This document shows positions 18,770-25,979 of a stretch of 28,365 bases of DNA, one piece after another. Source of the stretch: a virus (Duplodnaviria; Caudoviricetes); the IMG/VR virus record IMGVR_UViG_3300027856_000279, positions 1 to 28,365 of that record; one strand, 5' to 3'. Both the position numbers and the translations under genes were made by a program. The stretch's first letter is position 1. Every line of letters starts with the position of its first letter. The notes beneath the pieces are model-generated. The model ran no database searches and was not told the DNA's origin. It saw nothing but the letters and a program-made list of their open reading frames with translations.

Positions 18770-18874
18770 TTCCCGGCTCTTTGAGATTGGCCCTATCTCA
18801 AAAACAAATGAGGAATGTGCTGTAGACGGTACGAACCTCAATTAACCTCCTAATCAAGAGCCGGGAATTTTTTT
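18770..18874 (+). ncRNA. Candidate structured small RNA / leader
   Basis: Perfect 12-bp outer stem (18770-18781 with 18856-18867), two internal hairpins, then a U-tract. Confidence 0.45.
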
Positions 18875-18910
18875 AGAATTTTGGAACAAAAAACTGAATA
18901 GGAGAACTAA

Positions 18911-19129
18911 ATGAATGATATTAATAATGTTAACGAGGATATTTTTCCAGATGTTCCACACAAGGCAGTTGAGAAATTATGCGAAATACTAATTAGTAAA
19001 AATCTAAAAGATACGGAGGAATTAAGAGTTGTAGCGAAAAAACAGATTATTACAAGTGTTATGTTTCTCGAGGAATTGGGGGCCAAGGTAAGATGGAAAA
19101 CCAAGGAGGGAGGAGAATCGACACACTAG
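18911..19129 (+). CDS. Hypothetical protein
   Basis: 72 aa, SD AGGAGA. Confidence 0.65.
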   Translation: MNDINNVNEDIFPDVPHKAVEKLCEILISKNLKDTEELRVVAKKQIITSVMFLEELGAKVRWKTKEGGESTH

Positions 19130-19139
19130 GGAGGGAATC

Positions 19140-19337
19140 ATGTATGACTTTGATCTTGGACTTGTTGTGAGAAGTCTCCTCTTCCTAATAACAGTCTGTG
19201 GATTTTGGTTTGGCCTTTATCTAATAGTTAGGGCTTACAAGAAGACTCTTGAAAAGGCGGCCTACTTAATTGGTATCGTTTTTACTTTAGCATCGGGATT
19301 AATTTTGCTAGTATTGACCACAGATATATTTTATTAG
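19140..19337 (+). CDS. Small two-TM membrane protein
   Basis: Two hydrophobic stretches separated by a basic loop. SD GGAGG. Confidence 0.7.
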   Translation: MYDFDLGLVVRSLLFLITVCGFWFGLYLIVRAYKKTLEKAAYLIGIVFTLASGLILLVLTTDIFY

Positions 19338-19345
19338 GAGGGAAG

Positions 19346-20347
19346 ATGGTTGCACGAATAGCCGGAACGAAGAAAATTGTTGAGACGGGTCGATATGTAA
19401 TTATTTTTAATGTAGCAAATGGCAAAGAGATCATCTTTGGAAAACATGGTTTTCCTGATCCTTTCATGCTGGACTATCCGAATCTAATTGACATTGGGAT
19501 TATGGGTCATTGTCCAAACAAGTGTAAGTTTTGCTATCAAGGTGGGGAAGAGCAACCAAACATGAAACTTGAAGACTTCAAGAGAATAATAGATGAATCT
19601 AAAGTCTTCACAAATCAAGTTGCTTTAGGTGGAAGGGGGGACCCAAACCTGCATGAAAACTTTGGAGAGATTGTTGGGCATGCTCGGGAGTGTGTCGTCG
19701 TCCCCAACTACACGACGTCAGGTTTAGGTCTGACAAGCGAACACATCGAGATATCAAAGATGTGTGGGGCTGTCGCAGTATCAGATTACGGTCAGGATTT
19801 CACATTTGGCGCTTTACAAAGACTCATGGATTCTGATATAAAGACAAATCTACACTTCCTTTTGTCTAAAGAATCTCTAAGTAAAGCAGTAAATATCCTC
19901 AAAGGTGAGGATGTTTGGGATAGAAAGATTGATCTAGACAGATTAAATGCTGTCATTTTCCTATTGTTTAAACCTCAAGGAAGGGGTAAAAAACTAATAG
20001 ACTGGGCATTGACAAATGAAGATTTGAAAGAGTTCATTAGTCTGAGATTGGAAAATAACACAAACTTCAAGATTGGTATGGACTCTTGCCTAGTCAATCG
20101 AATTACACAAACCACAACTCTAACTAAGATGGAGGAGATGTTTCTTGATACTTGTGAGGCCGCTCGTATGTCATGTTACATAAGTCCAGACATGATGTTG
20201 ATGCCATGCTCATTTGCGGACAAGGATAAGTATGGAATATACCTTAAAGATATGTCAATTGAGGAGGCATGGAAATTAAGTCATTCATTTATGGAAACTA
20301 GACAAATGTTAGAGGAGAACAAAGAAAGGTGTCCATACGGTTTTTGA
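19346..20347 (+). CDS. Radical SAM enzyme with C-terminal SPASM/twitch-like domain
   Basis: CxxxCxxC 'CPNKCKFC', 'ALGGRGDP', 'NYTTSG'. C-terminal 'CEAARMSCYISPDMMLMPCSF...CP'. Confidence 0.92.
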   Translation: MVARIAGTKKIVETGRYVIIFNVANGKEIIFGKHGFPDPFMLDYPNLIDIGIMGHCPNKCKFCYQGGEEQPNMKLEDFKRIIDESKVFTNQVALGGRGDPNLHENFGEIVGHARECVVVPNYTTSGLGLTSEHIEISKMCGAVAVSDYGQDFTFGALQRLMDSDIKTNLHFLLSKESLSKAVNILKGEDVWDRKIDLDRLNAVIFLLFKPQGRGKKLIDWALTNEDLKEFISLRLENNTNFKIGMDSCLVNRITQTTTLTKMEEMFLDTCEAARMSCYISPDMMLMPCSFADKDKYGIYLKDMSIEEAWKLSHSFMETRQMLEENKERCPYGF

Positions 20348-20359
20348 GAGGAGTCAAGC

Positions 20360-20746
20360 ATGAAACCGGAGATAAAACACGAAAAAATTGACGACGAAGT
20401 TATTTGTCTAACGACTAATGAAATGGCAATTTGTGAACTTTCAGTGATTGGCATGGAGAAACACAAAGAGTTTTTGTTGGGACATAAAATAGAGTGTCCA
20501 TATCCCCTATTCTTCTTTCACAGAATAAAATCAAGAGTAGAAAGTAAGGGTCATGGAACAATCTTAATGAAACGCTTGATCGAGATTTGTGATGAAAGGG
20601 GTATTGCAATTATTAACCCAATAAACCCCTACGGAAGAATGAATTTAGAGGAGTTGAAAGTGTGGTTTGGGAAATACGGATTTTTTGAAGTAACAGATCA
20701 CGTAGTTGTCAGATTTCCGGAGGAGCGAAGTGAAAATAAAAGCTGA
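20360..20746 (+). CDS. GNAT-family acetyltransferase (putative)
   Basis: Motif A-like 'ESKGHGTILMKRLIEICDERG' and motif B-like 'LKVWFGKYGF'. Confidence 0.7.
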   Translation: MKPEIKHEKIDDEVICLTTNEMAICELSVIGMEKHKEFLLGHKIECPYPLFFFHRIKSRVESKGHGTILMKRLIEICDERGIAIINPINPYGRMNLEELKVWFGKYGFFEVTDHVVVRFPEERSENKS

Positions 20747-21146
20747 CTTTGTAACCAACAGTTCTTCTGCCTGCTATGTTGTTATGTTCCCACCAGAATT
20801 TAATATACAAGACCATCTGTCAATGCTGGAAAAGGGAGGAATTTTTAATAGATTCGAGCATTACACAATAGGTCAAGACCTTGAGTTAGATGTAGAAAAA
20901 ATAACACATTTCTTTGAAGTACTTCTTCAGAAGGGATGTATAATTGAACACTTGTGGGAAGAGGGTCGAATTTATATGTGGGTTGTGTTAGATATTTGTA
21001 CAGACCTTAAGTTTACAGTAGCAGAGTATGATATACCCCACGAAGGTAACAATATTGTAGTAAATATCGGAATGTCTAAAGTCCTTAATAAAGTGAAGGA
21101 GATCGGAGGGCTAGTTGAAAATAAAACAAGACTTCGTGACAAATAG
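20730..21146 (+). CDS. DFVTNSSS-leader protein 1
   Basis: GTG start at 20730 after GGAGGAG. N-terminus MKIKADFVTNSSSACYVV. Confidence 0.8.
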   Translation: MKIKADFVTNSSSACYVVMFPPEFNIQDHLSMLEKGGIFNRFEHYTIGQDLELDVEKITHFFEVLLQKGCIIEHLWEEGRIYMWVVLDICTDLKFTVAEYDIPHEGNNIVVNIGMSKVLNKVKEIGGLVENKTRLRDK

Positions 21147-21516
21147 CAGTTCAACTGCTTTTATCATCAACTGGAAGAAATATTACAAAGATCCAGATAC
21201 CATATACACAAAGGAGGAGGCCCAGGCATATCTGGAGTCCTATGGTAGAGAGTGGGACAGCACAGATCACATTAGGGCAGCAATACATACCTACATAGAT
21301 GCCATTGTGCATACTAAAGATCGGGTTGTGGAAGAAGATTATCAATCACAACTGTACTCACACGTTCTTCACTATGTTAAAGAAACAAAACATAAGTGGG
21401 TGGTGTGGGTACTAAGGGATGAATCCGTCTCTGATATGGATGACAAAATGTTTCCACATAGTTACAATGATGATAGCTACTACAAGGAGTGTGGACATGA
21501 GTTCCCTCACCTATAA
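21115..21516 (+). CDS. DFVTNSSS-leader protein 2
   Basis: TTG start after GGAGG. N-terminus MKIKQDFVTNSSSTAFII. Confidence 0.8.
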   Translation: MKIKQDFVTNSSSTAFIINWKKYYKDPDTIYTKEEAQAYLESYGREWDSTDHIRAAIHTYIDAIVHTKDRVVEEDYQSQLYSHVLHYVKETKHKWVVWVLRDESVSDMDDKMFPHSYNDDSYYKECGHEFPHL

Positions 21517-21814
21517 GATACCTCTTCCGATTGAATTGATATTACCTAATGGATTTCCGTGTCCTAAGTGCCTAGTTTATGCCAACTGTTCTAGTCCATG
21601 TGATAAACTTGTAATGGGGCACGATAAACTTACTTACCTACTAGCAGATTTGAGGCTGTGTCCTGATTGTGGACAAAAAGCTGTCGGGGAAATACTATAC
21701 TTAAATTTATCAACTTGTGTCAAGTGTTTTAATTGTACTCACATATTTACGAGAGTTTGGGATGAGGAGGGCCGCAATAGCGTATGGGTAAGAGATTATG
21801 AAAATAAAAGCTGA
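21497..21814 (+). CDS. Cys-rich metal-binding protein
   Basis: ATG at 21497 after AGGAG. CxxCx5CxxxC followed by CPDC and CFNC. Confidence 0.7.
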   Translation: MSSLTYKIPLPIELILPNGFPCPKCLVYANCSSPCDKLVMGHDKLTYLLADLRLCPDCGQKAVGEILYLNLSTCVKCFNCTHIFTRVWDEEGRNSVWVRDYENKS

Positions 21815-22166
21815 TTTTGTAACCAATAGTAGCTCTGCAAATTTCTATCTCTATCTTGAGATGGAAGAGGATTTTACCCTCGATAGTTTCTTCGATCTCT
21901 TTGGGGCGTACATGGAGAATCTGATGAGGGTTTACAGTTACCGAAACGATTTTAAGCATATGAGATTCTTTCAACCTACGATTATAATGCTCAGTGACAG
22001 AAACTTCAGGTTGGAGGATTCTACTTCAATGCTCAATGACTATGATAATGTTCCATATTATATGAAGCACATAGTTATGGAACATATTAATGTTAGACCA
22101 GACATGTCAGATCTCTTTTTAATGAGACTCAAGAGTGTTAAATTTGAATCAATATCCACACAATAG
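21798..22166 (+). CDS. DFVTNSSS-leader protein 3
   Basis: ATG start. N-terminus MKIKADFVTNSSSANFYL. Confidence 0.8.
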   Translation: MKIKADFVTNSSSANFYLYLEMEEDFTLDSFFDLFGAYMENLMRVYSYRNDFKHMRFFQPTIIMLSDRNFRLEDSTSMLNDYDNVPYYMKHIVMEHINVRPDMSDLFLMRLKSVKFESISTQ

Positions 22167-22177
22167 TGGAGGAAAAG

Positions 22178-22624
22178 TTGAAAATCAAATCTGATTTTGT
22201 GACAAATAGTTCATCCGTTAATTTTATAGTTATTCTACCAAGTGATTTTAAGATTGAAAATTACCTCAGTATACGTGAACATGCTAATATCCTCGATAGT
22301 TCAGAAGTTCACATAGATGATGTTATCGAGTCATTTGATACACTTATGATGGATGGGAGTATAAGTTCAGATATGTACGATGATTGTCCACGAGCATTTG
22401 ACTACACTCTAAGAATTCTTGGTGAGTTAGATGTAATCGTGCAGAAAGTTGATACTCCTTCTGGTGCTCCATTTGTAATCGTAAACATTGAAGCACACGT
22501 TGATAAGATCAGAGAAAGACTGGCCAAATTTAGCGAAAACCAAATGGAAAGGATTTCAGATGCAGTACGACCACTGGAAGAAAATAATGGAAAAACACTT
22601 CAGTCGGTGCAATCTGGAAATTGA
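22178..22624 (+). CDS. DFVTNSSS-leader protein 4
   Basis: TTG at 22178 after GGAGG (the ORF track starts at 22166). N-terminus MKIKSDFVTNSSSVNFIV. Confidence 0.8.
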   Translation: MKIKSDFVTNSSSVNFIVILPSDFKIENYLSIREHANILDSSEVHIDDVIESFDTLMMDGSISSDMYDDCPRAFDYTLRILGELDVIVQKVDTPSGAPFVIVNIEAHVDKIRERLAKFSENQMERISDAVRPLEENNGKTLQSVQSGN

Positions 22625-23351
22625 TGTTCGCAACGATAGATCTGAGGCTGAGAATGCCTGGGGTCGAAGAATAAGAAATATCAGAGGAGGCGGTCCAGAT
22701 CCAGATTTCGCTTTTGACATTATTCGCAATCCTCGAAAGAAGATTGAAAAGTTTATACTTTTCATTGACAATCACGAGCGTATAAAGATTCTCTCGTATC
22801 GACCTGAGACTCGTCATATTGTACTTGGAGTTGAAAACGAACCGGGTGTCATTGATCGTCTCCTCTGTGGTCATGATGAGAGGGAATACTTTATTGCAAG
22901 TCTACCAAGCGATGCTCAAATAACGACCGTTGAACAAGCTATTGAATGTTTGAAGAGAGAACCTGTTAGAGAAGCAGAAAGGAGAGATGAAAAAGTTATA
23001 AGACAGGGCGAATGGTATTTTGTTCCTCAACCAGACTTTGAAGAAGAAGGTCATCATATTCATAAGAGTGAACCTTTGGTTAGGATGATTGACGGCCGAA
23101 TGGGCGGTCGACCACACATGGCTTCAGAGGTCATAAGAACAGGTTCTGAAACAGTTCAAGTTGGAACAGGTCGTTTTGATAATGATGGAAATGAAATTAT
23201 GCGTGAGATGTCTGAAGTGTCAGAACTCTACGCAAGAGGTACAGTTAGTCATCCAGATCATAAAACTGTTAAACTCCGAGGTTGGCACCTCGTTATAATG
23301 AATCGAGAATTTGAAGGACGTTGGAATGCTGGCGTAACATTCCTCGACTAA
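22560..23351 (+). CDS. Hypothetical protein with His-rich motifs
   Basis: Likely ATG at 22560 after AAGGA. Motifs LLCGHDER, RQGEWYFVP, GGRPH and SHPDH. Confidence 0.75.
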   Translation: MQYDHWKKIMEKHFSRCNLEIDVRNDRSEAENAWGRRIRNIRGGGPDPDFAFDIIRNPRKKIEKFILFIDNHERIKILSYRPETRHIVLGVENEPGVIDRLLCGHDEREYFIASLPSDAQITTVEQAIECLKREPVREAERRDEKVIRQGEWYFVPQPDFEEEGHHIHKSEPLVRMIDGRMGGRPHMASEVIRTGSETVQVGTGRFDNDGNEIMREMSEVSELYARGTVSHPDHKTVKLRGWHLVIMNREFEGRWNAGVTFLD

Positions 23352-23579
23352 CAGTTTATTCCCCAGCGACCACCCTCACCTAGGTGGTTGGTACGAAGCT
23401 CCTCTAACCTGTCTGCAATCCTGCGGGAGAAGACTTGTCTGGTCGTACCGGAAAACCTTTGCAGATCAGTCTTAAAAAGTGCATGAATGGAGGATAGCTG
23501 TGGCCGGAGGTCCACACCTTTGTGGTCAAAAACAAGGATTGTAACCTCTTTTCTTCCCCCCCATCAGAGGAGACTAGGG

Positions 23580-24725
23580 ATGAAAAAAAAGATTCCAAAT
23601 TTAGAAGGCATTAGTTATGAGGGTGTGCCACTTGATCCAACCAACCTGCCCGTAATTTCCAATGAAGTAGTAGAATCAGTGGAAGAAGATTTGCGAATTA
23701 TGGGCAAGTGCAAAAAACGTGTAAAACCTAATTACATACCAGGAACAGGAAGGAGGGGAAAACGAAGTGCAGTTAGACTTTTAAGCCGAGAGGAAGTTAA
23801 CGATTACACATTTAAGAGGAAAATACAAATGGCTGAAAAGAAAAGATCAGAAAGAACAATGAGAGCTTTGGCTTTCCTCTTTGACGAAACCTATAAGACT
23901 GGAAAATGGATAGGTACTGAAGACTTCGCTAAGCATCTAGATATTCCTAATAGTTCAACATCCGGATTATTGACTAATATCAGCAGGAAGATGCATGAGT
24001 TTATCGAGCTGAAAGTCGACGGCAAGAAGATCTTGAGACAAATGAAAGACGACTGTCCATTCAATAGTGCAAGGGAATTCGTTGAAGAGTACTATCGTCG
24101 TAGCGGTAAGAAAACCAAGAGGAGAGTTAAAGTAAGACCGAAACCAATTGAACCAAAACCAGTCGAACCAAAATCAACCAAAACAAGAGATTCAATGCCG
24201 AGAGCTTTAAGGTTCATCTATGCAAAGGGTAAAGAAGGTGATGAGGGCTGGCTTGAGTCCAAAGATGTAGCAGAGGCTCTCGGCACCACTATTCGTTCAG
24301 CATCAGGTTTAGTTTCAAGAATCGACTCTCGGATGGGTGATCTATTGATCATTGAGAGCATTGGAGTGGGAAGACAAAAGAAGTACAGACGTAGAATTAA
24401 TACAAAAGTCTTCCACCAATTCAAGACTACTGAAAAATTCGTTGAAGAGTTCTACAAACGTGGTCCGAAATTCGATAAGAAAGTAGAACCAATTGTAGAG
24501 GCACCACTTGAGGTCGAACCTGAAGTGAAAACTGATGAAGTGGATGAAATTGATGAATCTCTGAAAAAATTGGAAAAAGAGGTTAGGGAGGGTGTTGAGG
24601 AAGTAGCTAAGGGAGCGGCTGATGCACTCGCTGAAATTCTCAACGCTGTGGGCAGAAGGGTTGATCTAAACCTTAAAGTCTCAGGAGAGGTGAAGTTCAG
24701 ATTCTTACTTGGAGAAGACAAGTAA
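23580..24725 (+). CDS. Putative DNA-binding protein with two tandem winged-helix-like repeats
   Basis: ATG at 23580 after GAGGAG. Internal duplication 'RAL.F...W....D.A..L......SGL...I...M...FVEE.Y.R'. Pro/Lys linker and acidic C-terminus. Confidence 0.65.
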   Translation: MKKKIPNLEGISYEGVPLDPTNLPVISNEVVESVEEDLRIMGKCKKRVKPNYIPGTGRRGKRSAVRLLSREEVNDYTFKRKIQMAEKKRSERTMRALAFLFDETYKTGKWIGTEDFAKHLDIPNSSTSGLLTNISRKMHEFIELKVDGKKILRQMKDDCPFNSAREFVEEYYRRSGKKTKRRVKVRPKPIEPKPVEPKSTKTRDSMPRALRFIYAKGKEGDEGWLESKDVAEALGTTIRSASGLVSRIDSRMGDLLIIESIGVGRQKKYRRRINTKVFHQFKTTEKFVEEFYKRGPKFDKKVEPIVEAPLEVEPEVKTDEVDEIDESLKKLEKEVREGVEEVAKGAADALAEILNAVGRRVDLNLKVSGEVKFRFLLGEDK

Positions 24726-24745
24726 TTGAAAGGAGGAACTAAGAC

Positions 24746-25453
24746 ATGGTGAGGAAATTATCATTGATTTTACTGGCACTTGTACTGGTTCTACCAGTGG
24801 CGTGTGCGCAGAAGGCAAAGGCCCCGGAACAACCGCTTCAGGTTTACTCAACGGAAATGGAAAACCAGGGTTTCACGAACGCTCTGGTTGAGGTTGAGGA
24901 AAAACTGAAAGAGTGTGAGGAGAATGGTCTGGCGAATTGTCCCGACACCTACAACGAGGCACAGAAGTTGAAGGGTGATGCTTACAACGCATGGACGGAA
25001 TGTCGCAGTGCAGAGGCGTTTGATATGCTTAAGCAAGCTCTCGCCAAAGCGGAAGAGGCATGCAATTGTACAAAAGCTGTTGAAGCGGCAGCACCTGTTG
25101 TGCTCAGTTGGGATCACGCTCTGTTTGACTTTGACAAGTCCAATATCAGACCGGATGCAGCAGAGGTTTTGGATAAAATAGCTGAGGACATGGTACTCCA
25201 TCCCGAAACCAAAGTTGTCATTCTTGGTAATACTGACTCGATTGGTACAGACGAGTATAACGACAGTCTCTCAAAGAGGCGTGCCGATTCGGCCGTAAGG
25301 TATCTCATTGAGAAGGGTGTAAATGATTCCCAGATTCACTCAATCAAGGCTCAGGGAAAACTCTTTCCCGTTGTGCCCAATAGAGTGGATGGAAGAGACA
25401 ACCCCTTCAATCGACAGAAAAATCGTCGAGTTGAAATAATTGTGTACGAGTAA
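24746..25453 (+). CDS. OmpA/Pal-family peptidoglycan-binding lipoprotein
   Basis: Signal peptide with lipobox (..LPVA-C). 'FDFDKSNI', 'GNTDSIGTDEYNDSLSKRRA' and 'NRRVEI'. Confidence 0.92.
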   Translation: MVRKLSLILLALVLVLPVACAQKAKAPEQPLQVYSTEMENQGFTNALVEVEEKLKECEENGLANCPDTYNEAQKLKGDAYNAWTECRSAEAFDMLKQALAKAEEACNCTKAVEAAAPVVLSWDHALFDFDKSNIRPDAAEVLDKIAEDMVLHPETKVVILGNTDSIGTDEYNDSLSKRRADSAVRYLIEKGVNDSQIHSIKAQGKLFPVVPNRVDGRDNPFNRQKNRRVEIIVYE

Positions 25454-25477
25454 AGACTACCAGGAGGTAGTTGACAG

Positions 25478-25565
25478 TGTGCCCGGAGTTGATTTGACCA
25501 GTCAGACCCCAACCTCTAAAAGAGGACGGAAAACTGGTTATTTCGCTTCGGGCACAATTTTTTTT
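25478..25565 (+). terminator. Long rod-like hairpin with U-tract (terminator or small RNA)
   Basis: TGTGCCCGGAG/CTTCGGGCACA 11-bp stem, inner TGACCAGT/ACTGGTTA and CCTCT/AGAGG stems, followed by a T-run. Confidence 0.5.
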
Positions 25566-25583
25566 CTAAAGGGAGGTGATGTA

Positions 25584-25979
25584 GTGACTCTTAAAAAATA
25601 CTGGTGGGACGAAATAGATCATCTAGATGTAGCAAAATCCTTTGTAAAAAATACGCCATTATACCTACTTAGCATCAGTGTACTTTTTCTTTATCCAATA
25701 GCATTCAACGGTCGATATGCATACTTTATGATTTGGTTTTTCTATTTTGCAACAGCAATTACAGTATTTCGACCACCTTACGAATCAACACACGTTAATC
25801 TTACAATCACAACAGTTACTTTGATTTCAATGTTAGCAGTTATTTCTGCGATGTTTGGTGATGTAATGGCTAATGTTGCTGCCCTCTGGATCTGTCTTAG
25901 GTTTAGAAAGGCACTGGTGTTTCTCATGGACTTGGGGGTAATGGAAATAAATGAAAGTGAAAGCAGATTTCGTGACTAA
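25584..25979 (+). CDS. Multi-pass membrane protein
   Basis: GTG at 25584 after GGGAGGTGA. Three to four hydrophobic segments. Confidence 0.7.
   Translation: MTLKKYWWDEIDHLDVAKSFVKNTPLYLLSISVLFLYPIAFNGRYAYFMIWFFYFATAITVFRPPYESTHVNLTITTVTLISMLAVISAMFGDVMANVAALWICLRFRKALVFLMDLGVMEINESESRFRD

Noticed and set aside
18770-18867. tRNA gene
   Set aside because: Multi-stem, but without a T-loop GTTC motif, D-loop GG or correct acceptor and arm lengths.
25471-25500. Sigma70 promoter at TTGACA
   Set aside because: No -10-like hexamer at 16-18 nt spacing.
25440-25583. N-terminal extension of the membrane protein as given in the ORF track
   Set aside because: It overlaps a structured, U-tract-terminated element, and a much better SD/GTG lies at 25584. 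The same reasoning was used to trim several other ORF starts.
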